This document shows, one piece after another, positions 10,709 to 23,599 of a stretch of DNA of 64,000 nucleotides. The DNA is from Azolla caroliniana. Taxonomy: Eukaryota; Plantae; Polypodiophyta. The stretch lies in NCBI GenBank assembly GCA_043228905.1, contig JBHGNT010000002.1:1364001-1428000 (forward strand), read 5' to 3'. Position numbers and translations under genes: made by a program. The notes beneath the pieces were generated by a model, which was not told the DNA's origin, made no database searches, and saw nothing but the letters and a program-made list of their open reading frames with translations. The first letter of the stretch is position 1. Every line of letters begins with the position of its first letter.

Positions 10709-12685
10709 AACATGTACCGACCGGTTACAATTACGAAAGGGAGCCGACCAAACCGGAACTTGATCGGCCGAGACCGATTCGGGCGAAGGGTAAGTCGGCA
10801 TGATTGGAGATCGAGGCGAACGAGCGACAACACCCCGTGGGAGCCGGTGAGCACGAGAAGGAGGCTAACCGGGCACGGTGATTACGGCTTGGCGGAAGAC
10901 CGAGAGTAAGAGGAACCCTCCGCACCTATTCTTGAGACTTCGGCGATTGCGGATCAACATAAGACCGAAGAGATGGCGGGTGGCGGCGAGGACTCGGAGA
11001 CCAGAACGGACGAGGCTACCGGAACGGGTACCCGGTGCGTGAAGATGGACGAGCACGGCCCAGATGGCGAGCCGGAGTCGGAAGGGGCTACGGCAACAAA
11101 GGGCAAAGAGACCGACGCGGAGGTCAGGACTACGGCGGGAGAAGCGTGTAACACGAAGCATGCATTACGACGTAGAACGGAGCGTGCACTACGGCCGGCA
11201 AAGAGCCAATAAGTGAGCGTGCATTCGGAGGAGCCGCAACGAGTGACCGTCGATGACGGTCGGAGGAAGCCTTCGAGAGGCAAGCGCGGGACGACGGACG
11301 GTGCGACGAGACGCCAAGATCGACGGAACAAGACAGGCGTGATCGGCATGAACGAAGGATTGTGTCTTCAGAACCGGAGGACGTGCATGGAGAGCAACGG
11401 GCTACGTGCTGGGAAGAGGAAGCGCGGCGTCCCGAAAGGCATGCGAGGCCAAGCGGGCCAAGAGGACGAGAGTCGGGATGAAGCGGTAACGGGAGTCGCG
11501 AAGGACACTGACATGATGGTCGGGATGACTGTACGCTCTACGGCGAGAGAGCACGGTGAGCAAAGGAGAAACGAGGAGCGCGTAATGAGGTCACCGAGGG
11601 ACCAAAGAACAAGCGCATGTTCGGGAGACAACAAGGGCACACGGAAAGAGCCTACGGAAGGTAAGCGCAGAACGAAGGGAATCGGCACGAGGTGTTCGAG
11701 ACGAAGAGAGGATCGAGCCGGAGATAGAACACAAGCGGTACGCAAGGGGCGGAATCCGGCGAGCAAACGGGGTGACCGAGGGCCTAATCGGAGGACCTAC
11801 ATGGAGGACAAAGAAAGAGTGACCGGATCGGCAATGGCGTTCGGGAGGACCGACCGGGGAGGAAGGCGAGTGCGGTGGATATGGCAGTTCGGATGGAATC
11901 GATGTTTCGGGGACACACGGTGGACGTGGTGGATCAGGTGGAGCCGTCGGCTCGAGGACGTGCAACGGATACGGTGGAACGGGATGCTACGACGGTTCGT
12001 GTGGAAGGGACGGGCGTGCTCAGAATGGAAAACGAAGCCGAGCAAGGCCAACGAGGACATGGCGGACCTCAGTTTTATCACCATGGCCGAAAAATCTCAC
12101 CTCTTCTCCCTTCTTGGACATACCAGTGGATGTGCGGTTTGGTGGGGGTGGCTGTCGTGAAGATTTTCGTCCATAGGCGGAAACCGGGGTGGAATGGGCA
12201 AATCGGTGGTGTGCAACATGTGCACGTGTATACTAGGAAATGGTGTGTAGAAAGAAGAGGGGAATTTTATCCCACATTGTAAGGTCCCTCCCTCCTTGGG
12301 CTATAAAAGGAAGGGAGGGGTCACTTATGAGGGGTTGCCTATTTTGAGGGAGAGAGGCATACCACTTAGGTCGAGGGTTTCCTATTCGGTTAGGGTTTTC
12401 TTCTTGGGTTTTCCTTTAGGGTTTTCTTATAGTCGTTTGGTGCGGCCATGGCGGCCACCATTGTAAAGCGTTTATGTTTTCTTAATAGAACTTCTTGTTG
12501 AGTATCTTGACTCCATCTTCTTCATCTTCTTCTTCTTCTTCTATCATAACGTCATATTCGTTCTCTTCTCCTCTTGAGCTATGAGCTAATCTTCCATTCG
12601 TTGTCTTAACCTTTCTCCTCTTCTCCCTAGTCCAAGACCCCCGAGGTCCCGCCCCTTCCACACGCACGCGCGTAACAACGCGACA
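10709..12685 (+). mobile_element. 3' portion of Gypsy-type element D: GC-rich internal region, PPT and 3' LTR (12153-12685)
   Basis: G-rich ggtgggggtggc then TGTCGTGAAG at 12153; TATA ctataaaa at 12301; end ...CGCGACA at 12685 abuts the gag of element C. Confidence 0.72.
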
Positions 12686-13955
12686 ACGTACGCGGTGGTT
12701 GATGTTGGTCCCCGCGTGGTTCTTAGTGTCGCTTATCTTCCGAGCTTTCGTCGTAGTGCCGGTGGTCTCGATATTGCCGCGGCTTCCCACGATAACCATT
12801 GAAGCGCCACGTTTGTTTGTCGACCGGTGATTCTCATAGCGCTGGCCCCCTTTAGCATAACTCGGAGGTCCACGATAATCCTCATCTTCTGGTTCGTCTT
12901 CCTCGGAATCGTTGTGATTCTGGCGATTCTGGTGGTGCCGGTCGTCACGTGGGTTGCGATCCACATACCGTGGTCGGTCTTCTTGCCTCCTTTGTTCAGT
13001 ACGGCGAGGGGGACGTTGTGTGTCCATGCTGCGTACTGTGGGAGCGGCTCTGTTCAACATATTGTATTTGCATTGGTCGACTGTGTGAGCCTTCGAGTGG
13101 CCGATTGGGCAGTGGACTCGCATGTTGCACTCCACTGCGGAATGCCCCAAGTTCAAGCAAATCATGCACTGGATTGCTTGACGAAATTGGTGTTCCTCGT
13201 CCTGGGGTAACGCTTGTCGTAAGGAGGACATAGAAAACCTTTCCTCCTCCTTGTCCAACTCGAGCTGTAACGCTCGTTCAATGACCATATCCGTCGTTTC
13301 CCCTTTCACGCTATTGTTGTTGAGCATTGTCTGTATGGGTCGGCGTAATGCAGCCAGAAATGTCTCTCGAACCTCGTCCTCCGCGGGGCTCCGTTCTAGT
13401 TTGCGTCGTAAATTTTGGAAACGTAAGCTGAAGTCTACGATCGTCTCGGTCGGCAGTTGCTTAATCGTGTAGAACTGTCCAAGGATTTCGTGTTGTGGAA
13501 CCCTCCGATGGAAGAACCACAAAAAAGCGGACTGCATTTGATCGAAGGTCGTGATTGCTGGCAAATCCATCTATGAATGCTAGAATGCCGCTCGCCCATC
13601 CAATGTTAACCCGAACTCCGTCATTTTCGACTGGTGCACTACCGCCTCCAAAGGGCTCTGTGCCATGTGCGTCGCATTCCAAACATTGAGGAACATGCGA
13701 ATAGGGGTTGCGGAGGCGGTTTCGTTGTTAAAGTGGGGATAGGCAAAGGCCACGCTGGGTGCTACGGCGGGTTTGGAAAGACCACAGTGTTGTTGTGGTG
13801 AGCGTGCTCCCCGCGTATCATCGAGGTATTTGGAGAGCGAAGAATCACCTTTGTAATCATGACAAGTAGTACTAAGGTCGCTGAGGCGAGGCTTTTGTCG
13901 TGCGCGTTCCTCTGCCTGGCGTGTGACGAACCTTGTGATTGGTCGGTCTTGTCAT
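12686..13955 (-). pseudogene. gag of element C
   Basis: IKQLPTETIVDFSLRF motif and two zinc-knuckle-like motifs (CMICLNLGHSAVEC; CPIGHSKAHTVDQC); stops upstream of 13570; the ORF tail below 12686 is read-through into LTR D. Start position approximate. Confidence 0.75.
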
Positions 13956-14482
13956 GTTGGTTCTCTGGGGCGTCTGCGGCTATACATCCATTCGTCATTG
14001 TTCGTCTGTGAGAAGACACAAATCACCAAGCGTGCCAAAAGTGTTACCGGTTAGGAACACGGTTTGCAGTCAGTCCTTCGACCTAGACCTCCGAGTGATT
14101 GTGGAACAACGAGTGGTGGCGTCTATGCGTAATGCATAGGGGAATGTTTCCTGTAACCTAGCAGCGTATAAGGGAGACGGCTACAACCGACTCCTTATCA
14201 GTGGTTACACACTCACGTTCTTACACTCTCGGGTATTACAGACACACAGTAGATTAGTCGTAGCTATACATAGATTTTCAGAGAAGATAGAATTCTATTA
14301 CGATACGCTTCTTTACATTCCAAAATTACACGCTCCCCCTATCAGAGGTTTTCTGCCCTTTATATACGCAAGGTCTTTTTAGCCGTTCACGCTTCCTACG
14401 TGAACCGTTACATGTGTTCTACTCTTATATTATTTCTTATTCCTACGCTCTTGTTCATCGGTTACTATTCCAGCGGACAACA
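12686..14482 (-). mobile_element. 5' portion of non-chromoviral Gypsy-type element C: 5' LTR 14042-14482, PBS, degraded gag
   Basis: LTR TGTT...AACA; 4-nt spacer then PBS TGGCACGC (tRNA-Arg-like, 14030-14037); LTR edge abuts Copia RT codons (gaagcaggctcc) at 14483. Confidence 0.8.
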
Positions 14483-16894
14483 GAAGCAGGCTCCCCGGCA
14501 ATGGTACCAGAAGTTCGGATCCTTCATGATGGATCAAGGATACCAGAAGACACAAGCCGATCACTACGTATTTCTGAAGAAATTCGACGGAGGAGACTTC
14601 CTGATATTGCTCCTATATGTGCACGACATGTTGATCGTCGGACAGAACCAAGCGAAGATTCGGATGCTGAAGAAGGCCCTTAACCGAACCTTCTCAATGA
14701 AAGACTTGGGTTCGGCAAGACAGGTACTGGGGATGCACATCATCCGAGACCGGTCGAAGAAGCTATTGTGGTTGTCACAGGAAAACTATGTGACAAAGGT
14801 GCTTCAGCAGTTCAACATGACAGACGCGAAACCAGTTGGATCGACACTTCCGGCAAACTGCAAGCTATTCGGTAAGGAAAGCCTGAAGACGAAGGCAGAG
14901 AAGGCGGATATGATGAAGATACCATATGCCTCTGTCGTCGGGAGCTTAATGTACGCAATGTTGTGTACCCGACGGATATCGGAGACGCAGTCGGAGTAGT
15001 GAGCCGATTTACGAGCAATCCCGGTAAGGAGCACTGGAATGTGGTAAAATGGATACTCCGGTATTTGAAAGGCACCTCAAGTATGTGCCTTTGATTCGGC
15101 TCTGGTAAACCCCAACTTGACGGTTTCACAGATTCGGATATATCGGCTGATGTGGAGACCAACCGGTCAACATCCGGATATGTCATCACATATGCAAGGG
15201 GACCTGTTTCGTGGTAGTCAAGGCTGCAGAAGATGATTGCATTGTCAACCACAGAGGCGGAGTACATGGCAGCCTTGGAAGTTGGCATGGAAATACTATG
15301 GATGAAGGACTTCATCGGAGAGCTAGGGATCTGGCAAGAGGAATACCGACTCTATTGCGATAGTCAAAGCGCCATCCACCTTGCGAAGAACGCAGCGTAT
15401 CATTCCAGGACGAAGCACATCTAGCGAAGGTACCACTGGATCCGGGAGCGAGTGGAAGATCGAGAGTTCGTGCTAACGAAGATCCACACGGAGGAGAATG
15501 GGTCAGATATGCTGACCAAAGTGCTGACACCCGGCAAGCTGGACACATGCCGGAAGCGGATCAGATTCACGAGGCATCCCATGCCAGAGTGAAGGGGGAG
15601 TTTGTTAGGACTTCAGTCCCTCCGGATGAGATATGAGTAACCGACAAGGAAGACCCGGTGAGAACCGGATGATGCAGGCCCGGTGAGAACCTCTCACCGG
15701 ATGAAGGGACATATATGGAAATATGTTTCTGAGAGCCCATTGGGGCTATATTTGTAAATAGTCATAATGTCATATTAGTATAAATATGACCTAGGGCAAA
15801 CAGTGTAGTAGTAGTTGTCATTATTTTGTATAGAGTTATTGGTGTAACTGTTGTACAGAGCGTAATAGAGAGAGAGAGAGAGAAAGAAATAGAGTAAGTC
15901 TCTGTTGTAACCGCTGCCAGGCGAAGATTTTGAGCACAAGGTCGTTGCCTCTATGCCCCCTGTTGTATTATCCTTACATAGTGATAGTTGGAGTCTATGG
16001 GCTCCCGTGGTTTTTCCCATTTAGGGTTGTCCACGTTAACATCTCGTGTACTCTCTTGTTTATAGTTTTTGTGTATACGTGCATCTATCTCCACATTCAC
16101 ATTTCTGTGTTTGGAATTCTCAATCAAGTGATTGAAGTCTCTGTTGTAACCGTTGCCAGGCAAAGATTTTGAGCACGAGGTCGTTGCCTCTATGCCCCCT
16201 GTTGTATTATCCTTACATAGTGATAGTTGGAGTCTATGGGCTCCCGTGGTTTTTCCCATTTAGGGTTTTCCACGTTAACATCTCGTGTACTCTCTTGTTT
16301 ATAGTTTTTGTGTATACGTGCATATATCTCCACATTCCCATTTCTGTGTTTGGAATTCTCAATCAAGTGATTGAAGTCTCTGTTGTAACCGCTGCCAGGC
16401 GAAGATTTTGAGCACGAGGTCGTTGCCTCTATGCCCCCTGTTGTATTATCCTTACATAGTGATAGTTGGAGTCTATGGGCTCCCGTGGTTTTTCCCATTT
16501 AGGGTTTTCCACGTTAACATCTCGTGTACTCTCTTGTTTATAGTTTTTGTGTATACGTGCATATATCTCCACATTCCCATTTCTGTGTTTGGAATTCTCA
16601 ATCAAGTGATTGAAGTCTCTGTTGTAACCGCTGCCAGGCGAAGATTTTGAGCACGAGGTCGTTGCCTCTATGCCCCCTGTTGTATTATCCTTACATAGTG
16701 ATAGTTGGAGTCTATGGGCTCCTGTGGTTTTTCCCATTTAGGGTTTTCCACGTTAACATCTCGTGTACTCTCTTGTTTATAGTTTTTGTGTATACGTGCA
16801 TCTATCTCCACATTCCCATTTCTGTGTTTGGAATTCTCAATCAAGTGATTGAAGACTCGATTGTGGCCGAGCATTATTCCGCGTATTCTTGTCA
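14483..16894 (+). mobile_element. 3' portion of Copia B (RT/RNase H pseudogene 14483-15592, PPT, LTR 15603-16894)
   Basis: KQAPRQWY, LLYVHDML, ALSTTEAEY, HSRTKHI; PPT gaagggggag; LTR starts TGTTAGG and ends TTGTCA. Confidence 0.9.
15896..16851. repeat. 4 x 239-bp tandem repeat within the shared LTR
   Basis: Units start at 15896, 16135, 16374, 16613; the LTR at 28249-28800 has one copy. Confidence 0.95.
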
Positions 16895-17459
16895 AAATTG
16901 TATTAGAGCGAAACGACACAGAAAATGGAAGATTCATTTGGCGGCATGTTCAAGCTCACCGGCTCCAATTACTCAGTGTGGAAGTCGAAGATGAGGGACA
17001 TGCTTCTGGTTAAAGATCTTTGGTTGCTGGTTCAGTTCTATTAGAGACATAGACTAATGTAAGCATTAGATAAGGATAGAATATAGATCTAGATAGAAAG
17101 GAGAGAGAGAAAGAAGGGTGCCAATCCACCCGACCACCCCCGAGCGAAGGGATCGAGACGGACTCGAGCCTCGATCGGCGTCCCATACCACCACCGTGGC
17201 GTCGAGTCATACCTAGTGCTAGCGCGCTCGCTACAAGAGTTGACCCACCACAAGACAGAGTCTCGACGTAGTCAACAAGATGATCAAATGAGGGTAGCTA
17301 GGCCTCTTATTTATAGCGACACCCAAGGCCCCCAGGCAAGTTCACACTTGGCCTAATGGGTTGTCTCAATCCCGAGGATTTAAAAGTAATCCTCCCCTTC
17401 TTGACACTCTCGTTTAACCCTTACACTTATCCATGTGTATAGAATACTACGGTAAATTC

Positions 17460-20400
17460 TCACCACGGGATATTATATGGTGATGCCCATAACATACTCC
17501 CCCTCTTTAAAACATTGCACTCTTGCAATGGAAAGTTAGGGAAGTTAGTTCTGAGAGTAGTTCCGCGTTCCCATGTGGCATCTTTTATTGATTTATCCAT
17601 CCATTTTATTTTAAATTCTCGGATTTCTTTAGTACGTGATTTTTTTGTTTTAACATTGAGAATTCTTTTTGGTACATATGGTTTAGAAGATAAATCTTCA
17701 GAAGTAACCAGAGTTTCAGTTGTAATTGTATTGTCGCCAGAACCTAGAAGTTCTTTTAGACGACTCACATGAAAGAATGGATGAATTCCAACACCATCGG
17801 GAAGAGCGAGACGATAGGCTGATGACCCAATGCGTTTGAGGATTGTAAGAGGTCCACAAAACCGTGGGGCTAACTTAGCGCACTTACCCGTAGACAATGT
17901 CTTAGAATTGTGAGGTACACGTAAAAATACCTTCTGTCCAGGGTTGAATACACGAGGTTGCCTATGATGATCGGCATAAAAACACGCTCCATCTTGAGCT
18001 ATTTTTATATTATCTCATGCAATATGCAACATATCTTGCATATCCTGAAGAAATTTTTGCGTACTTCGCAACTCATCATGATGTATATTAACATCAATCA
18101 GGGCTCGTGGGTGAAAACCATACATCAACATAAAAGGACTATATCTCGTCAACGTATGCTTGGAGCTGTTATAAGCAAACTCCAGAATTGGGAGATAACG
18201 TTCCCATTTTGTTGGTTTTGTACCAACGTATGCTCAAAGCATGTCCTCAGTAATTTAATTTACCCATTTTGTCTGTCCATCGGATTGAGGATGATCCGTG
18301 GAGCTCATGCTCAATGTAGTTTCTAACTTCTTAAAGACTTGCGTCCAGAAGTCACTAGTAAACTTTGGATCTCGATCATTCACGATATCCATCGGTAACC
18401 CATAAAAACAAAATAACTCGTCAACGAATTGGTAAGCCAATTTAGAAGTTGTTACCGTGGTTTTAGTAGCAATAAATCTGGCCATTTTAGTTACTAGTCT
18501 GTCAACCACAACCTAGATGGCATCATGACCTTTTTGGGTGCGAGGAAGGCTAACAATAAAATCCATGGATATACTTTCCTGCTAAGGGTGCATCATGGCA
18601 TTCAAAAAGAATCCTCTTTTTTACCTCAGGTAAATCTGGAACATAAACCTTCCCATTACGGTAGAGCAGACTGTTAGCAATGTGGAAGTATTCCTTCGAG
18701 GATGTGGTGGTGTCTGTTCCAGACTCAACTCTTGCCCAATATTTTGCGAAATAACTGTCATCAGGATACTTCCCTCGAAGGTGATCATAAAGATTTGATG
18801 ATATTTCAGTGAAGCTAAGCATGTTAACTTCATGGATGCGACTTAGTGCATCAGCGACAGTGTTCATGGAACCTTTGCGATATCGTATGGAAAAATCAAA
18901 GCCCTGGATGAGATCAGCCCATCATGCCTTACGACCTTTCAGGTCTTGTTGGTCACAAAAATATTTCAAGGACTCATGGTCCGTAGTTACCACAAAGCGA
19001 TTTCCATAAAGATAATGGCGCCATGTTTTGAGCGCATGTATAACTTCAAATAATTCCTTTTCTTCAACGGTATATCGACATTGAGCAGAATCAAGTTTCT
19101 TACTCTCGAATGCTATTGGTTTACCATCTTGATATAAGACAGCATTTATAGCATAATCGCTTGCATCGGTTTCAACCTCAAAAGGTTTTAAAGGATCGGG
19201 TAAAAGAAGTGAAGGAGCCTTGACCAGGTCCTTGAGTTCCTTAAAGGCGAGGTCTAGTGTAGCATTCCAAACAATAGGTTTTGTAGACTTACGTGTTTGA
19301 CCTTTTAAAAGATCAGTAAATGGCGTCATCAATTGGGAGTAATTACGAAGGGATTTTCGCAAAAACCCGACAAAACAAAGGAATGATCGAACTTCTCGAA
19401 TATTCCGAAGAGTGGGTCAAAGCTTGATTTTCTCAATGCGAGAAGGATCAATTTCAACTCCTTGTTCAGTTATGCGATGTCCAAGATAAGTAATTGATTT
19501 CTTGAAGAACTCACATTTTGAGATCTTCGCATAAAATTGTTTGTCACACAATGTTTGTAAAACAAAGCGGACATGTTTAGCATGTTCTTGTAATGTACGG
19601 CTATAAATTAAAATATCATCCAAGAAAATAACGACAAATTTTCCAAGTTGTTCTCGGAAAATGTCATTCATTTCTTGTTGAAATGTAGCCGGAGCATTGG
19701 TCAAACCAAAAGGCATAACCAAAAACTCATAATGGCCATAGCGCGTACGAAATGTCGTTTTAGGAACATCATCCTCACTTATACGAATTTGATGGTAGCC
19801 AGTACGGAGATCAAGTTTCGTAAAATACCAAGCTCCCTGGAGACAGTCAATTAGATTGTCAGTCCGGGGCAATGGATACGAATTCTTGATCGTCACTTTA
19901 TTCAAGCGTTGGTAATTAATACACATACGTCATGTGCCCTCTTTCTTTTTAACCAAGAGAACTGGTGCAACCCATGGAGATTTAAGTACTATAACGTATA
20001 TAACCCATTCGTAAATAGTCCTTGAGTTGCTTAGATACCTCATCCTCTTCAGATCGACTTAAGCGATAAGGAGGTATACTTATTGGTGCAACACCAAGTA
20101 CAATATCTATACGATGGTCTATATTACGTTTAGGAGGTAAACCATCTGGTAGTTCACTAGGAAAAACATCACGAAAATCATTTAAGCTTTCATCAAGTTG
20201 TTGTTGTTCAAAATATGTTAATTGAACCGAGACATTATCGATATTGTAAACGTGAATGTCCGGATCAAGTACACAATAAAATAGAGTAGAACAAGACAAC
20301 TCGGATATTGATGGACACGAGGAAACAATCGAGAGGGATTGTTTTTTCACACATTGAATAAAATGAGTACAGTCGTTCAGTACAAATGTAATTGAATGAT

Positions 20401-21738
20401 GAACCCAATCAATAGATAAAGAAGAGCTTTTATTTTAAAACCAGGGATAACCCAATATTACATCAGAGGTACAAAGATTCATTACATGGAAGTCTACTTC
20501 CTCTATATAAGTATCAATAGAAATTCCTAATGAATGAATCGCCCCGTTGATGTATTGTACTCTTCCATCCGCCAAGTGCACCGTATAGGTGTGATCACTT
20601 ACGGTGGGTTGGATTCCCCATATCTGAACCAAACGATCATTCACAAAGTTGTGTGAGCTTCCCGAATCAAACAAAAATTGTACGGGAGATCCATTGCTAT
20701 ACCCGTTTGCACGTAGTAAATCATTGGGACCCAATACATAGTGAGGGAAAGAACATTGACAATTACTTCAATGATGTGTATAGACCTGAAGGACATTAGG
20801 AATCTGACCTTTATGGTCTATAGCTTTAGCTTTGTTGTCGTGCTCTTTCTGTTGGAGCATTCGACATTGCTCTTTTGTATGACCCTTCTTTTTGCAGAAT
20901 ACGCAAAAAGGATGTTGTCGCTTACAATCGTGATCCATGAATTCGTTGGGTGTCTTGCGTTTCCCAGCGAATTGCGACTTCTTAGTCATGGGCGCTTCAT
21001 TGGGTTTGTTGTGGTCCTTCTTCGAAGTGTGTTGATAGCGAAGAACTATTTCAACGGTCTCTTCGAAGGATTTTGGATCCTTATCGTGCATTATCCAATG
21101 ATAGTCCGAATTGGGGATGTCGTTGACAAAACAAGCTATTAACCAGTTGTCCCCTTCTAGACCCTTTGGATTTGGGTTCTAGCATGGTGAACATAGTCTT
21201 CTAGCGAGGAAAACTTCCTGTTAGAGAGGTTCATTAAAGCTTGTGATGCCTTGGTTCGAGAGGGAGGTTGTAGAAATTGGCCCTTGAAAACTGTGACAAA
21301 TTTTGTCCAGGTATCGGGCAATTTCCCCAAAGTACGGAGCCCACACCACCAGGCGGCGGCCTTACCCCCTAGTTCTCGGCCGACATATGCAATCTCCGTA
21401 CTATCTGGCGTGGGATAGAGCTCAAAATGAGACTCCCATCAGCCCAGCCACATGCAGATTGCTTCTTCGGTTCTTTCCTTTTTGTCTCCCATAAATGGCT
21501 TAATGACAAATGATGGTTCACCTTGTCTCTCATCAGGTCTATTAGTCTCACGTTGTAAACTAATGACACGTGCCTCGAGAGCACTTTGAGATTGCCGAAG
21601 TTCGGTCATCTGTTGAGCAGTGAAACTAAGGTATTGGGTTATTTGCGAAAAATACATCTCAATGGACATTTGTCCAGGAGGATTCCCTTGAGTTCCTTCC
21701 GCTTGAGCGGATGACATCGGGTCGTTATTTTGAGCCAT
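17460..21738 (-). pseudogene. gag-pol of G with chromodomain; many stops and frameshifts
   Basis: CVFCKKKGHTKEQC; LFDSGS; IFLDDIL; ETDASD and TDHESL; NDRDPKF, HPQSDGQT; FKIKWMDKSIKDATWE. Confidence 0.9.
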
Positions 21739-22867
21739 TGAATGGTTATTTCTGGCAAAGAAATAGGATAAGGTTAGACAAACAGTCATAAAATCATGTC
21801 GTGATGTAAACCTATCATGGGCAAACATTAATCGATATCATTATCTCATGTCAATACCCCTCTAGACGTATGAGATGCGGTTCAAGATCAGGTTACTATG
21901 GTAACACAAAGGTGTTTTAAAAACCATGGGGGTGACAAATAAATGTCTTTCCCTGATCTCTATATCGATTTTTTCGTGGCAGCTCCCCGAGGCTCAACCA
22001 TGTATGTTCGCGTCATGAATAGTTTATACACGAAAAAAATGTTAACAATAAACTATGTTTCGGTGCCCACATATGTGGTTTCGGCTCTTTAAGTCCTATT
22101 ACGAGGACCCCAAAGTGCACTTAGACCTCAAGTCTAAACATGCGTTATAGTCATATGTATCAACAATGTTGTATGGTCTTGGTCATATTTGAACTCGAGA
22201 CCTCGAGAACAAATGCATTAAACACTTGAGCCAACCAAGTAGATTGCTCTTCTTTGAATGTTTAATGTTTCATGCGTATAAAAGATATGTGAGGCATTTG
22301 CCCATATATGTTTTTTTTAAAAGAAACATATATGTCAAGAGTCCTTATTTCGCCCTCATTTACTACAACTATGTTGGTACGTTAACTACTCAAGTCTCGT
22401 AATTACGATGGCATACACCAAAGTGCAACCTAATGGTCAAGCCAGATGAGCCCTCTTTTCGTAATGGCCCACGTGGCCCATCACATGGTCACGTCATTAC
22501 GAATGCCTCTCGTAAGAATGATCTCATGGTGGCATCGTATCCATGTAATGAGGGAGGGATGTTGGATACGGGTGTCATAGGAGCGACCTCACATGAAGTG
22601 GGTCAAGCCCTACGTACTCAACATCAGTATGGCTATAAGCGTTTCTTTGCGTAACGAAATATCGAAGTCACCAACAGGGATTTCAACAATAAAAAATTGT
22701 TGAAAAAAGGGATGGTGGCAACGCTATTCTCACAAAAATGTGAGGACGGCCACCAAGATCCTTTCCCCGAAATGGAAATCATTCGATTTAAAATCACGTA
22801 ATAACTTATATACACATATGTATATTATCACATATATACGATCAACTACGTATACACGTGACCACAT

Positions 22868-23300
22868 TGTTAACTCTTAGGGTCGGACAATGGCCTAACA
22901 GAGGGTGTCTACGGAAGACACTTCACCAAAGGGGTGTTACAGCAATAGGATTAGACTCAACGATTAATCCGACTTAATTAGGTTACTTAGCATGATCTTC
23001 TTTAATAATCACACGTGTAAGATATAACAATGAATGCAGAACGGCAATTAACACACAGAGATAACAACACTAAGCTTTATTAATTAACCGCTCTTCATTA
23101 CATTGTATCCGGGCCTTTAAATAGGTTTCCGGTCTGTATTACAAAACGGTGCCATCCGCACCTGTTCGGGATCGGTTCGGATCCGGAACGGCATACCGAT
23201 TCCGGTCCGTCCGTCCACACTCATAGCTTACTTACAACCATTCCTACTAATTAAATAACTTCTCGTTTCACACTCTGGACTCCTTTGCCGGCCGGTAACA
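22868..23300 (-). mobile_element. Solo LTR I (433 bp) inserted in the 5' leader of G
   Basis: TGTTA...TAACA ends; CACAT duplicated at 22863-22867 and 23301-23305; motif layout resembles LTR of C, from which orientation is inferred. Confidence 0.8.
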
Positions 23301-23356
23301 CACATATGCCTATATTAAAGAAATCGTTATATTTGATAGCCAAAAATGACGTAATC

Positions 23357-23599
23357 GAGGCATATACCTCTACGCACACGAGACATCCAAAAATAAGGGT
23401 TAATCGTAATACGCATTTGAGGTATTGACCTCTTATGCATACGAAACCAAACACATATCATTTACAACGAATCGATGTATTGACCTCATATGCAAACATA
23501 ACATATGTTTGTGAACGTAGTACGCAATTGAGGTATTAACCTCGTGCGCATACGACACTCATCACATATTCAATATACGTGAAATGAGGTATTGACCTC
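23357..23599. repeat. Five spaced palindromic GAGGTattgACCTC-like motifs in the leader of G
   Basis: Cores start at 23357, 23419, 23474, 23530, 23586 (55-62 bp period). Confidence 0.75.

Noticed and set aside
11213-12160. 315-aa R/G-rich ORF as a host gene
   Set aside because: Low complexity, non-ATG start, inside a GC-rich retroelement region.
15775-16994. Repeated 80-102 aa ORFs on both strands
   Set aside because: By-products of the 239-bp LTR tandem repeat; not protein-like.
23357-23599. CRISPR-like spaced palindromes
   Set aside because: Eukaryotic retroelement leader, short degenerate cores, spacers related to each other, no cas genes.
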